Positions 27,322 to 36,691 of a stretch of DNA of 64,000 bases are shown here, piece after piece. Position numbers and translations under genes: made by a program. The notes below the pieces were generated by a model. That model made no database searches. It was not told the origin of the DNA and saw only the letters and a list, made by a program, of their open reading frames with translations. Position 1 is the first letter of the stretch, and every line of letters begins with the position of its first letter. Location: IMG/VR virus record IMGVR_UViG_3300046542_000248, positions 1 to 64,000 of that record; one strand, 5' to 3'.

Positions 27322-27849
27322 ATGGAAACTAATAACACTACAGAACAACAACCACAAATCGAACCACAACAGGTTGCAATGCACGCGCTGTTTGCACGCT
27401 TCATGCGCTATGCTGAAGCTAATATTCTTAACGCTAAAGCAGCCGATGAAACGTTGAGTCTTGATCAATTCAAGCAAATTGAAAAAGACAAAACTGAACA
27501 AACTGAAATGGAAAGATATCTTGATGCAGTTGCAATCAATGCATGTTCCGGTATCTTAGATATCATCGTAACAAAAGTACGTATTGTAACTGGTGAAGAT
27601 ATTTCGGAAGCTGATTCAGACGTTGTATTTGAGCAAACGTATACATGCTTTAGAGATGCTGTTGCACATGCGGAAAATGTGTATAACGGTGAGAATAACA
27701 GCTTGTATGAAATGCCGCTATTTACAATCATTGACGTGGTTAGCTCGGTAGCAGCACAAAACGTTGTTGAGCGCTATTTTGTCAATGATCCTGGGGCTGC
27801 TGAAGATGCTGAGGAGCAAGAGTCCGAAGAAACATCGGAGGAAGCGTAA
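27322..27849 (+). CDS. Hypothetical acidic protein
   Basis: AAGGGAG SD, 175 aa. Confidence 0.75.
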   Translation: METNNTTEQQPQIEPQQVAMHALFARFMRYAEANILNAKAADETLSLDQFKQIEKDKTEQTEMERYLDAVAINACSGILDIIVTKVRIVTGEDISEADSDVVFEQTYTCFRDAVAHAENVYNGENNSLYEMPLFTIIDVVSSVAAQNVVERYFVNDPGAAEDAEEQESEETSEEA

Positions 27850-27966
27850 ATGCTACAAGAATATCATGAACGTCTTCTTGCCGAAAAAGAAGCAGCAATT
27901 GCAGCTGGCGATCATATTCGCCTAGCTGAGATTGAAAAATCTCTTGAAGCTTTAAATGAATTTTAA
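27850..27966 (+). CDS. 38-aa helical peptide (MLQEYHERLLAEKEAAIAAGDHIRLAEIEKSLEALNEF), missing from the ORF track
   Basis: TAA-ATG junction, GGAGG SD 8 nt upstream, typical codon usage, terminator follows. Confidence 0.65.
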   Translation: MLQEYHERLLAEKEAAIAAGDHIRLAEIEKSLEALNEF

Positions 27967-27975
27967 ATAAACTTA

Positions 27976-28003
27976 CCGGTTATGGGAGCAATTCCATAAC
28001 CGG
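27976..28003 (+). terminator. Intrinsic terminator
   Basis: CCGGTTATGG...CCATAACCGG plus T-run. Confidence 0.7.
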
Positions 28004-28020
28004 ATTTTAATTTTTTCGTC

Positions 28021-28032
28021 TACATATTATTA
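28021..28032 (+). promoter_or_regulatory. Possible late-type promoter (TACA-N6-TA variant)
   Basis: TACAtattatTA, 20 nt upstream of the CDS. Confidence 0.4.
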
Positions 28033-28052
28033 GATGAAAGGATGGGATATAG

Positions 28053-29132
28053 TTGATTGAGAAAATTATTAACATGAACAGGATTAAGTTCGCCGTACTG
28101 GATGAGCTTTTCAAAGATAAGTTCGAGAAGAAGCATAAAGAAGTTTCAATCCATATAGATCTTCATACTATATTGGAACCGCTATACGATTCAAAGAATT
28201 ATGAAGAAACCAATTGGTTGAATGATAAGACCAATACTGTAATGACCGCTTGTATCATCAATCTATGTGCTCACTATAGATTATATTTCGGAAAGAATAA
28301 ATTGGCTACAAAAATCTACCTATATTTTGGTAGTGAGAAACCAAGAAACAATTCCGAATACTATAATGAGTATGGATATAAATTCTTCGATAAATCTTCT
28401 AAAGATAACGAAGACTACAAGCCTATTAATAAAGAAGTATATTTCTCTTTAAACCTTATTAAAACTATAGCTACGTATATACCTGGCGTATACTATATTG
28501 ACTGTAAGAATACTGAGCCGATGAATTCAGCTTCTTACATGATCACTAAAGACCCAAGTGATTTTAATTTGGTTCTTTCCAAAGATCCATTATGGTATCA
28601 ATGTATCGCTTTAACTAATACAGAAATTCTCCGTCTTAAACGTGATGAAAGTATGTTAATTACTAGAGAGAATATTCTGGAGTTTCTATTAAAAGGTGCT
28701 GCATATGAGAATCAATTTGTTTCATATGAGCAACTATCTATCCTGTATTCATTTGCAGGTCTTAAATCTAGAGATATCAAAGGATTATCCGGTTATGGAT
28801 ATACAAAGATTGTAAAGATCCTTGATCTAGCTATTGAACGAGGATTACTTCGATCTAAGTATACTCATATCAAAAATATCATTGATGAGATCTATAACGG
28901 CAATCAAGAAGATTACCTAGTCAATGTATTTAGAGCAATTGATCTGACGTTCCAGCTTAATAATATGACTACTGCACAAAAAACTAGTTTAACCGACTGC
29001 ATTAAGGATAAGTACAATAAGCGTGATATGCTTAAATTAAATCAGTTAGTATTCACTGGAGAGAATTCTCTTATGCTCGATGAGCTTTTCAAATATGCAG
29101 AACAACCTAAGTCAACTAATCTAAAATGGTAA
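28053..29132 (+). CDS. 5'-3' exonuclease/FEN (T4 RNase H-like) fold protein; catalytic residues look partly degenerate
   Basis: IHIDL N-terminal strand, LVLSKD, H3TH-like AGLKSRDIKGLSGYG..K. Confidence 0.55.
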   Translation: MIEKIINMNRIKFAVLDELFKDKFEKKHKEVSIHIDLHTILEPLYDSKNYEETNWLNDKTNTVMTACIINLCAHYRLYFGKNKLATKIYLYFGSEKPRNNSEYYNEYGYKFFDKSSKDNEDYKPINKEVYFSLNLIKTIATYIPGVYYIDCKNTEPMNSASYMITKDPSDFNLVLSKDPLWYQCIALTNTEILRLKRDESMLITRENILEFLLKGAAYENQFVSYEQLSILYSFAGLKSRDIKGLSGYGYTKIVKILDLAIERGLLRSKYTHIKNIIDEIYNGNQEDYLVNVFRAIDLTFQLNNMTTAQKTSLTDCIKDKYNKRDMLKLNQLVFTGENSLMLDELFKYAEQPKSTNLKW

Positions 29133-29144
29133 GGAGATTAATAC

Positions 29145-29372
29145 ATGTCAGTGATAAATGTTAAATTTGTTAGTGAGTGGAATCATGAAACGAAAGTTAT
29201 AACTGATGCTAAATATGATAAAGAATCAAAAAAGGTATTTGATATTGAACCGTCATCCCAAGAAATAGAGGGTGTGGTTACACGAGAATATATAATCTTA
29301 CCAGATGGTTCTGAAAAAGAAGTTGAGTATGATCATTCCGACCCCGAATCGGATGTACACACAATAGATTAA
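29145..29372 (+). CDS. Hypothetical protein
   Basis: AAGGAG SD, 75 aa. Confidence 0.7.
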   Translation: MSVINVKFVSEWNHETKVITDAKYDKESKKVFDIEPSSQEIEGVVTREYIILPDGSEKEVEYDHSDPESDVHTID

Positions 29373-29392
29373 AATGGTAAAGGAGTTTTAAT

Positions 29393-29845
29393 ATGCACGA
29401 ATTTACAGAAAAAGAACAGGAAGCGATTATTAATTATATTAAATACGAGTCAGGGTTTACACTCCCTGACTGGTTTATGAAAGGTAATATTAAACTTGAT
29501 CCTATTAAAGTACCCGATCCAGATATGTGGTATGGTGTGTGTACATTTTATTTCTCATGTGATACCATGCCATCTGATGGAGAACCTTATTGGGTTTCAA
29601 TTCTTAAACACGAAGTTATTAGAATCTTACGAGATGCAAACAGACCACCTATTATTATTTGGGATGTGAAGAATAATAAACCATGTGAAGATGATAAGGT
29701 CTTTATTAATCGTCGTGGTGAAATCTGTCGAATACTCCCACTTTATGCAAATTTCTTTCACGAACAACCACTCGGTTCAGAAGAATTTGTTATCAAATAT
29801 AGAAAGGAAAATGAATCGAATGAATCTAACTCTATTCTCAAATAA
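29393..29845 (+). CDS. Hypothetical protein
   Basis: AAGGAG SD, 150 aa. Confidence 0.65.
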   Translation: MHEFTEKEQEAIINYIKYESGFTLPDWFMKGNIKLDPIKVPDPDMWYGVCTFYFSCDTMPSDGEPYWVSILKHEVIRILRDANRPPIIIWDVKNNKPCEDDKVFINRRGEICRILPLYANFFHEQPLGSEEFVIKYRKENESNESNSILK

Positions 29846-30434
29846 TAGTGATTTATGTTTAGCATGGGAATGCGAATTTCAAGGTACAAAAGTAGATATC
29901 GTATATGGTGATTTTAGAGATGATTATAATAGAATGAATATCAGTGCTCTTGTAAGTCCTGCAAATTCTTTCGGTCTTATGGATGGAGGATTCGATCAAG
30001 TTATCATTGATATCGTTGGTCCAAAGGTAATGGAAAGTGTACAAAGACGTATTAATCTTGATTATGGTGGGGAGCAACCTGTTGGGACTGCTTTTGCAGT
30101 TAAAACAGATCATTTTTCAATCCCATTAGTAATCCATTCACCAACTATGAGAACACCAATGAATATAGTTGGTACAAATAACTGCTTCCATTCTACTAGA
30201 GCAGCATTACTTGTGGGTAGAAGATTGTCCGCAAGTGATCCAAATTTTAGAAATGTTGCAATGACTGGAATGGGAACACTTACTGGTGGTCTTGATTTCA
30301 ATTTTGCCGCAAGACAAATGAGATTGGCGTATGATGTCACTATGAATTTCAATGTCACTGAACTACCAACGTGGAGTGGTGTGGATAATCTTGGTACATT
30401 ACTCCTTCAAACTCATATTGGAAGGAGGTTATAA
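29820..30434 (+). CDS. Macrodomain protein (ADP-ribose binding / ADP-ribosyl hydrolase)
   Basis: GDF...ALVSPANSFGLMDGGFD...GEQPVG...IHSPTMR...VAMTGMGTLTGG; start 29811 or 29820. Confidence 0.88.
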   Translation: MNLTLFSNNSDLCLAWECEFQGTKVDIVYGDFRDDYNRMNISALVSPANSFGLMDGGFDQVIIDIVGPKVMESVQRRINLDYGGEQPVGTAFAVKTDHFSIPLVIHSPTMRTPMNIVGTNNCFHSTRAALLVGRRLSASDPNFRNVAMTGMGTLTGGLDFNFAARQMRLAYDVTMNFNVTELPTWSGVDNLGTLLLQTHIGRRL

Positions 30435-30437
30435 ACT

Positions 30438-30644
30438 ATGGCAATTGATCCTATGAAAGTTGGTACAGTTTATCTCCATGTATTTCATGATGATATTTAC
30501 GATCATATAAAAGAAGAAACGGATTTTAATGAAACTAAACCTAAAGGAGATGTTGGCTATGTTAACTTGGCTACAGGACTTTCTATCTTCACATCCCCTA
30601 GTCCCATTTTGTATCCTCAATCTTATCTTTTACATCGTCGCTAA
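30438..30644 (+). CDS. Small hypothetical protein
   Basis: Strong GGAAGGAGG SD; overlaps the next gene by 86 nt. Confidence 0.5.
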   Translation: MAIDPMKVGTVYLHVFHDDIYDHIKEETDFNETKPKGDVGYVNLATGLSIFTSPSPILYPQSYLLHRR

Positions 30645-30975
30645 TATTTACAGAGTGAGATACTATGATAAAACTACGAAATCATACTTTCCAATAGTTA
30701 AACATAATAAAGTTGCCACAATCCATTTAGCAACTCTTAAATTGTCGGTATTGCTTGCTACATTAGTGGCAGCGATAGGAATTCAATTTATTAGGTTACT
30801 AACGTTTGGTAAGTTTATTATACCTAGATATAGACACATTCATGGCCCTTATACGGTATTGGTCTATTTTCCAGTGATGATACTCATATTCTTTCCAGTC
30901 TTAGCTTTGATGTCATTGATCGGATTATTCGTCCAGTTTGACCTCAGGGATTTGCAATTAGATCCGCCAAAATAA
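30559..30975 (+). CDS. Putative membrane protein (about 3 transmembrane segments)
   Basis: AAAGGAG SD 9 nt before ATG 30559; three hydrophobic stretches. Confidence 0.55.
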   Translation: MLTWLQDFLSSHPLVPFCILNLIFYIVANIYRVRYYDKTTKSYFPIVKHNKVATIHLATLKLSVLLATLVAAIGIQFIRLLTFGKFIIPRYRHIHGPYTVLVYFPVMILIFFPVLALMSLIGLFVQFDLRDLQLDPPK

Positions 30976-31058
30976 AAATTTATGTTATTTTTAGAAATGT
31001 ACTCAGGAGTGGCTTATGATTAAAAAATAAGCCTCTTTTGAACATTTTTATAAGCCAG

Positions 31059-31091
31059 ATTATTAACCCTCGGTTTCGTTGGGTTAATAAT
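31059..31091 (+). terminator. Intrinsic terminator
   Basis: ATTATTAACCC...GGGTTAATAAT plus T-run. Confidence 0.65.
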
Positions 31092-31128
31092 TTTTTTTAT
31101 AAATTTACCACGAAAGTGATGTGATACA

Positions 31129-31527
31129 TTGAGTAGCCCGCTTATAGTGTTCGATACTCGATTCGGAAACGTGAGAAGATTTGTTAAGAAGCTAGGGATG
31201 AGAGCTGTCTTCCTTAGAGAAGTTGAGAAAGTGGAAGAACCGTATATACTTATTACTTATACTGATACGTTTGGAACTGTTCCAATTACAACTCAGAATT
31301 TTTTACATAATAACAGCCAACTTCTTCTTGGTGTAGCATCAAGTGGTAATAGAAGATGGCATGAAACATACTGCAAAGCAGCAGATGTAATTTCAGATGA
31401 ATACGGAATACCTGTCATTTCCAAGTTTGAATTATCAGGGAATGTCGATACAATAAAATCATTTATCGAAAGGGTTGGTCAAATTGACTACAGCGTCATT
31501 AGAAAACATGAATTACTACGAGCTTAA
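31129..31527 (+). CDS. nrdI: Class Ib ribonucleotide reductase flavodoxin NrdI
   Basis: GNVRRFVKKL...EPYILITYT...G.VP...LLGVASSGNRRW...KFELSG. Confidence 0.95.
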   Translation: MSSPLIVFDTRFGNVRRFVKKLGMRAVFLREVEKVEEPYILITYTDTFGTVPITTQNFLHNNSQLLLGVASSGNRRWHETYCKAADVISDEYGIPVISKFELSGNVDTIKSFIERVGQIDYSVIRKHELLRA

Positions 31528-33805
31528 TAATAGTATTATGCTCAAAGATGAGGATGGCTTCTTGCGTCTTGATAATGACAAGCTTGCCATTGTAAAATAT
31601 CTTGAATACGTGGATGAAAACCGTTTGAAGTTTACAAACGTTGTTCAACGTATGAAATACCTTGTTGAGCAGCATTCAGTCGTTAAAAAGACGATGGATG
31701 TAGAAAAAATCATCGGCTATCTTGAAAAGATAAAAGTGGATATATCAGATCCATACTATTCTAAAATACTTGATGATGTTATGGCTAATCTTCCTGAAGA
31801 ATGTTTTATGGAAGAAACCACTCTTCCATTCTATGATAAAAATATTATTGCTAAGTATACCGATGAGCAGATCGTCGAGTTACATACATTAGCTTCCGAT
31901 TATCAATTCAATTATAAAACTTTTATGCAAGCATACAAATTCTATGAAGATTATGCCCTTAAGAGTGATGACAAAAAAACATTCTTGGAAACTTTTGAAG
32001 AGCACAATGTTATCGTTTCTATGTATCTTGGAAATGGTGATTATGAAAAAGCAAAAGAATTCTTAGCTTCTTTTATGGAGCAACGAGTACAACCTGCAAC
32101 TCCAACATATCTAAATGCTGGTAGAGCACGTCGTGGTGAAATGGTAAGTTGTTTCTTACTTGCACTTGATGATTCTACTGAATCTATTCAACACAATCTT
32201 ACTAACATGGCTAATCTTAGTCGTATTGGTGGTGGGGTTGCATTTGATGTAAGTAACCTTCGTGCATTCGGCGATCCAATCATGGGTGTTGAAGAAGCAG
32301 CAAAAGGTCCTTTACATGTATTGCTTATTGCTGAAAGAATCTTCTCTTTCTATGATCAACTCGGTCAACGTTCTGGTAGTGGAGCAGGTTATATTAACGT
32401 ATTCCATCCAGATGTAAATATGGTAATTGACTCCAAGAAAGAAAATGCTGATGATGCTACTCGTCTGAAATCATTGTCTCTTGGATTAACTGTACCACAG
32501 AAGTTCTACGATCTTGCAGAAGCAGATCTAGACTTCTACGGATTCAGTCCTTACGATGTGAAGAAATACTACGGTATGGCATTCACAGAAGTTGATTTCG
32601 ATATCTTCTATGATCTATTCATGATGGATGATCGTATTAGAAAAACTAAGATTATGAGTGCTCGTGCATTCCTTAACAAGATTGCTCAAGTTCAACTCGA
32701 ATCTGGTTATCCTTATATCTTCAATATCACTAATGCTAATAAACAGCATGCTCTTAAAAACGAAGGTCGAATTTTGATGACTAATCTTTGTACTGAAATT
32801 ATGCAGTTGCAAGAAGTTTCAAAAATCGGCAGATACTTCGAGCAAGATGATATTCGACGTGATATTTCTTGTAACCTTGATTCAATCAATATTACTAACA
32901 CAATGCTAAGCAGAGATATTGCTGGTACTGTATATACTGCAATGGATGTAGTTACAGCAGTATCAGATTTTACAAGAATCAGTACAGTTCCAGGTGTACT
33001 TAAAGCCAATGATGAAATGCATTCAGTTGGCGTTGGGGCAATGGATCTTAATGGTTATCTTGCTAAAAATATGATCAAGTATGAATCATTCGAAGCTCGT
33101 GACTTTGCAAGAACTTTCTTCATGATGATGAACTTCTACAGTTTGAAGCGTTCATGTGAAATTGCAAAAGAACGTGGTATTACATTCAAAGGATTCAAAG
33201 GTTCTGAATATGATACAGGTGTATATTTCACTAAGTATCGTAACAAAAACTATGCTCCTTTATCTGCTAAAGCAATTGCACTATTTGAAGGAATCTACAT
33301 TCCTACTCCTCAAGATTGGATCGAACTTGAAGCAGATATCAAAGAACATGGTTTATACCATGCTTATCGCTTAACAATCGCTCCTACTCAAAGTATTAGC
33401 TATGTACAGAATGCTACGAGTTCTGTAATGCCGATTATCGACGTTGTCGAAATTCGTTCGTACAAAAAAGGTAAGATCTTCTATCCAGTACCTCATTATT
33501 CCCGTGAGAATAAATGGTATTATAAATCTGCTTATCAAATGGATCAAAGAGCAGTTATTGATATGATTGCTGTAATCCAAGAGCATATTGATCAAGGCAT
33601 TAGCTGTATCTTACATGTAAACAAAGATGTAGCTACTGGTGATCTTGCAGGTCATTACCTTTATGCCAATTATAGAGGTTTGAAATCTCTTTACTACACT
33701 AGGACTAACCGTCCTAAGCAAGAAAAAATTAAAACAGGCATTCGCAGAGTTATGAGACAGGTTGAATCGGATAACGAACCTGGCTGCGTATCCTGTAGCG
33801 TATAA
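31484..33805 (+). CDS. nrdE: Class Ib ribonucleotide reductase alpha subunit
   Basis: QPATPTYLNAGR, VSCFLL, GGGVA, TNLCTEI, APTQSISY, GLKSLYYTR, C-terminal CVSC; start uncertain (31484 TTG or 31508 ATG). Confidence 0.95.
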   Translation: MTTASLENMNYYELNNSIMLKDEDGFLRLDNDKLAIVKYLEYVDENRLKFTNVVQRMKYLVEQHSVVKKTMDVEKIIGYLEKIKVDISDPYYSKILDDVMANLPEECFMEETTLPFYDKNIIAKYTDEQIVELHTLASDYQFNYKTFMQAYKFYEDYALKSDDKKTFLETFEEHNVIVSMYLGNGDYEKAKEFLASFMEQRVQPATPTYLNAGRARRGEMVSCFLLALDDSTESIQHNLTNMANLSRIGGGVAFDVSNLRAFGDPIMGVEEAAKGPLHVLLIAERIFSFYDQLGQRSGSGAGYINVFHPDVNMVIDSKKENADDATRLKSLSLGLTVPQKFYDLAEADLDFYGFSPYDVKKYYGMAFTEVDFDIFYDLFMMDDRIRKTKIMSARAFLNKIAQVQLESGYPYIFNITNANKQHALKNEGRILMTNLCTEIMQLQEVSKIGRYFEQDDIRRDISCNLDSINITNTMLSRDIAGTVYTAMDVVTAVSDFTRISTVPGVLKANDEMHSVGVGAMDLNGYLAKNMIKYESFEARDFARTFFMMMNFYSLKRSCEIAKERGITFKGFKGSEYDTGVYFTKYRNKNYAPLSAKAIALFEGIYIPTPQDWIELEADIKEHGLYHAYRLTIAPTQSISYVQNATSSVMPIIDVVEIRSYKKGKIFYPVPHYSRENKWYYKSAYQMDQRAVIDMIAVIQEHIDQGISCILHVNKDVATGDLAGHYLYANYRGLKSLYYTRTNRPKQEKIKTGIRRVMRQVESDNEPGCVSCSV

Positions 33806-33816
33806 GGAGATAAACA

Positions 33817-34983
33817 ATGACAACCACAACTGATTCAATTATCTTAAACGCCCAAGGTGTTCTACAATATACCGAAGAAAATCCATTCGCTGCTGTAAAC
33901 TGGAACGAACCAGATGATGATTATACCAAAGATATTATCGACACTTCACTATCTGCTTTCTGGCATGACCAACGTCTAATCTTCAGTGATGATGCATTGG
34001 ATTGGAAAAACATGACTGATGATCAGCGTGGAACTTACATGCATGTATTCGGTGGATTAACCCTACTTGATACTAAACAATCCTCTATCGGTATGACTAC
34101 TATTTCTATTCTTGCAGGAAATGAACAACGTCGGATGGCGTTTAATAACTTCGCATTTATGGAAAGTATTCATGCTAAGATGTACAGTTCAGTATTTACA
34201 ACACTTCTTTCCCGTGAGCAAATTAAAGATGTATTTGCTTGGATCAAAGAAAATCCTTATCTTCAAAAGAAAGTATCTATTATTGAAGCTTACTATAGAA
34301 GGGCGTTGCAAGTATATGTCTCAAATTTTAAATTCGATGCGCGGTCTTTTTATCTCTGCTTGGCTTGCTCAGTCATGCTTGAGAGTTTCCTCTTCTATTC
34401 AGGATTCTTCTATCCGTTATACCTTTCCGGACAAAAAACAATGCGGGCAAGCGGAGAAGGAATCGGCTTAATCTGTCGTGATGAAGCAATCCACGGATTG
34501 TATACAGGAGCAGTAGCTCAAGAAGTATTTGAGTTGATTCCTGAAGAGGAGCAGCAAGATGTACTTGATGAGGTAATGAGAATCTTTACGGTATTGATGG
34601 ATAACGAGGTTGAATATACTACAGATTTGTACACTAAACTTGGTCTAGTTGACGAGGTAGTTACATTCCTTAAGTATAATGCAAACTTGGCTTTCCAAAA
34701 CTTGGGACTTGAAGATCCATATCCTGAGATCACTGAGAATAGTGTAAACCCTGTAGTCCTGAATGGATTAAGTCAAGCGACTGTTCAACAAGACTTCTTC
34801 TCTGGTGGTGCAGGTGGTATCGGTAATGGTTACTCTATTGCAATGAACGTTAGTCCAGTAACTGATGAGCATTTCAAATTTAACAAAGTTGATGAATTTG
34901 CTGAGTATGAGAAATCCTTCAAACCAGATCCTGAAGCTGATGAGGCTCTCAGAACTTTAAATGCACTGTTACCTGATGCTTAA
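33817..34983 (+). CDS. nrdF: Class Ib ribonucleotide reductase beta subunit
   Basis: AVNWN, GGLTLLDT.Q, MESIHAKMYS, LESFLFYSGF, RDEAIHG. Confidence 0.95.
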   Translation: MTTTTDSIILNAQGVLQYTEENPFAAVNWNEPDDDYTKDIIDTSLSAFWHDQRLIFSDDALDWKNMTDDQRGTYMHVFGGLTLLDTKQSSIGMTTISILAGNEQRRMAFNNFAFMESIHAKMYSSVFTTLLSREQIKDVFAWIKENPYLQKKVSIIEAYYRRALQVYVSNFKFDARSFYLCLACSVMLESFLFYSGFFYPLYLSGQKTMRASGEGIGLICRDEAIHGLYTGAVAQEVFELIPEEEQQDVLDEVMRIFTVLMDNEVEYTTDLYTKLGLVDEVVTFLKYNANLAFQNLGLEDPYPEITENSVNPVVLNGLSQATVQQDFFSGGAGGIGNGYSIAMNVSPVTDEHFKFNKVDEFAEYEKSFKPDPEADEALRTLNALLPDA

Positions 34984-34994
34984 ATAATAAGAAG

Positions 34995-35020
34995 ATCCAA
35001 TCCCACTTTAGGGATTGGAT
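34995..35020 (+). terminator. Intrinsic terminator
   Basis: ATCCAATCCC...GGGATTGGAT plus T-run. Confidence 0.75.
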
Positions 35021-35050
35021 TTCTTTTTTGCTGCAAGTTTGAATCTTCTA

Positions 35051-35064
35051 AAATATATATTATT
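35051..35064 (+). promoter_or_regulatory. Putative early promoter
   Basis: AAATATATATTATT. Confidence 0.7.
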
Positions 35065-35105
35065 CTATTGGAATATACTACTCAATTACTGAAAGGATTG
35101 ATTAA

Positions 35106-36065
35106 ATGCCTGTAATTAATTTTGAACGTCCGATTATAATTCAAAAGTGTCAAAAGAACTATCCGTTTGAAGTTGATGAATACAGAGTTGAAATACATGG
35201 ATTCAATACGGATACAGATAATTTTATCTTTAGATTCTATGCGCCAAGTATGGTTGATGGTAAGATTGTATCTGGTTTTAAAGAATTAGAAGATGAACGA
35301 AGTATTATTGTTCTTGGTGATGTAGTACTTGATCCAGAGTACTATACTTCTGATTTAAAAGTTTTACAGCTCCTACAATCAGTTGGTGCAATAAATAAAG
35401 TTATTGGTATTCCACTCAGTATTAGGTTACAGTTGGATATAGAGTATATTAAAGATGATGATAACAGAAAAAGATTAAATGATCTTAGTGAATCTTTACT
35501 AAAAATTGAAAATGAGGAGTCTGACAAAATGCAAGAAAAACTACAATCTCAATTTATTAAACAAAAGCTTGAAGAAAAAGGTGTGAATCTTGAAATGTAT
35601 AAAAACTCAGCCCTTGAATTGATTCAACCATCAGGACAATCTGCGATTGGTGGTCTTACAGCTAAAAAACCAGGTGAGTATGTTGCCACTAAAACATGGC
35701 AGGATGCTTTCAAAGAAACTACTATTAATGATCTTCATGAATTTATTGAATTCTTGGATCAGATTAATGGTGGTATGTATATCGTTGAAAGTACAAAGAT
35801 TGTGGATAATGATTATAATAACGATCCAGAAGAAGGAAACCTGTCTCCTAATTTAAATGGTCAATCATCTATTACAGATCCGGATGATCATCTTGGTTCA
35901 TTGGCAAGTGGATTTCTAATTGGTGACGAAGGTAGACCACATTGGGCAAATATTAGAATTATGAAGAATCATAAATTTGATGTATTCGCTGGTGAATCTG
36001 ATAGCTTCGGCTGGTTAACTGGTGTGGTGAGATTACCTAGAGGATTACTAATCTTCTTCGGCTAG
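35106..36065 (+). CDS. Hypothetical protein with C-terminal phage domain (AGESDSFGWLTG motif)
   Basis: AAAGGA SD, 319 aa. Confidence 0.7.
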   Translation: MPVINFERPIIIQKCQKNYPFEVDEYRVEIHGFNTDTDNFIFRFYAPSMVDGKIVSGFKELEDERSIIVLGDVVLDPEYYTSDLKVLQLLQSVGAINKVIGIPLSIRLQLDIEYIKDDDNRKRLNDLSESLLKIENEESDKMQEKLQSQFIKQKLEEKGVNLEMYKNSALELIQPSGQSAIGGLTAKKPGEYVATKTWQDAFKETTINDLHEFIEFLDQINGGMYIVESTKIVDNDYNNDPEEGNLSPNLNGQSSITDPDDHLGSLASGFLIGDEGRPHWANIRIMKNHKFDVFAGESDSFGWLTGVVRLPRGLLIFFG

Positions 36066-36095
36066 ACGTATCAATATTTAAAAACTTATAATTAA

Positions 36096-36129
36096 ATGAA
36101 CTAGGGATTAAGATAAATTCCTAGTTCAT
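36096..36129 (+). terminator. Intrinsic terminator
   Basis: ATGAACTAGG...CCTAGTTCAT plus T-run. Confidence 0.7.
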
Positions 36130-36154
36130 ATTTTTTTCCAAGGGAGAGATACTT

Positions 36155-36688
36155 ATTAACATCAATGATATCACATTCAAGGTAATTGAACATGGTAAGT
36201 TTAAAAACTTTCCAATTACTTATGCTTCCTACAGTTGCCCATTTGAAGTAATCGAAATTAGCCCAACTGTACTGCTAGTAACAATTAGAGCTGTATACGA
36301 CATTGTTATGACACCCGGTGAAAGTAAATGTATTGACACAGGTCTGAAGATTGCTATCGGTGATAAGTCAACGTTAATTGCACAATCAACCGATACTATG
36401 TATTTCAAAACTAAATTGGAAGTAAAGCATCATGCTTTCTTCAAAGAAGGTACCGAATCTACTCATAATACAGAAACGTTCAAATTCATATTACATAATT
36501 ATGAGATGCCTATTATGTTTCCTGTAAAAAGTCCAGGTGATAGACCAGTGCACATGCAGTCTAATAAGGTTAAACTTATTAACGGTGAAGAAGCGACTAT
36601 CCCTGCACAATTAGTTCCAGTAAACAGTTATTTTATTAAGAAGAATGATATCATAGCGAGTATTATAATCGCAAAATTGGAGGAATAG
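36155..36688 (+). CDS. Degenerate dUTPase-fold protein, probably with a non-canonical (ATT) start
   Basis: TIRAVYDIVMTPGESKCIDTGLKIAI aligns by eye with the dUTPase beta-strand region, but motifs II, III and V are absent; frame open from 36125 with no ATG/GTG/TTG before 36308; AAGGGAG SD at 36140-36146. Confidence 0.55.
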   Translation: MNINDITFKVIEHGKFKNFPITYASYSCPFEVIEISPTVLLVTIRAVYDIVMTPGESKCIDTGLKIAIGDKSTLIAQSTDTMYFKTKLEVKHHAFFKEGTESTHNTETFKFILHNYEMPIMFPVKSPGDRPVHMQSNKVKLINGEEATIPAQLVPVNSYFIKKNDIIASIIIAKLEE

Positions 36689-36691
36689 ACA

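Noticed and set aside
27289-27501. Minus-strand 70-aa hydrophobic ORF
   Set aside because: It is antisense to a well-supported plus-strand gene within a plus-strand operon.
31017-31031. Mini-ORF MIKK with a CAGGAG SD upstream of nrdI as a leader peptide
   Set aside because: It lies within a hairpin stem, is too short to support, and shows no attenuation logic.
31041-31052. AACA-N6-TA as a promoter for nrdIEF
   Set aside because: It lies immediately upstream of a terminator-like hairpin with a T-run (31059-31098); probably a chance match in AT-rich DNA.
31676-31827. Intein in NrdE
   Set aside because: No C/S start, no HN-C/S/T end, and too short.
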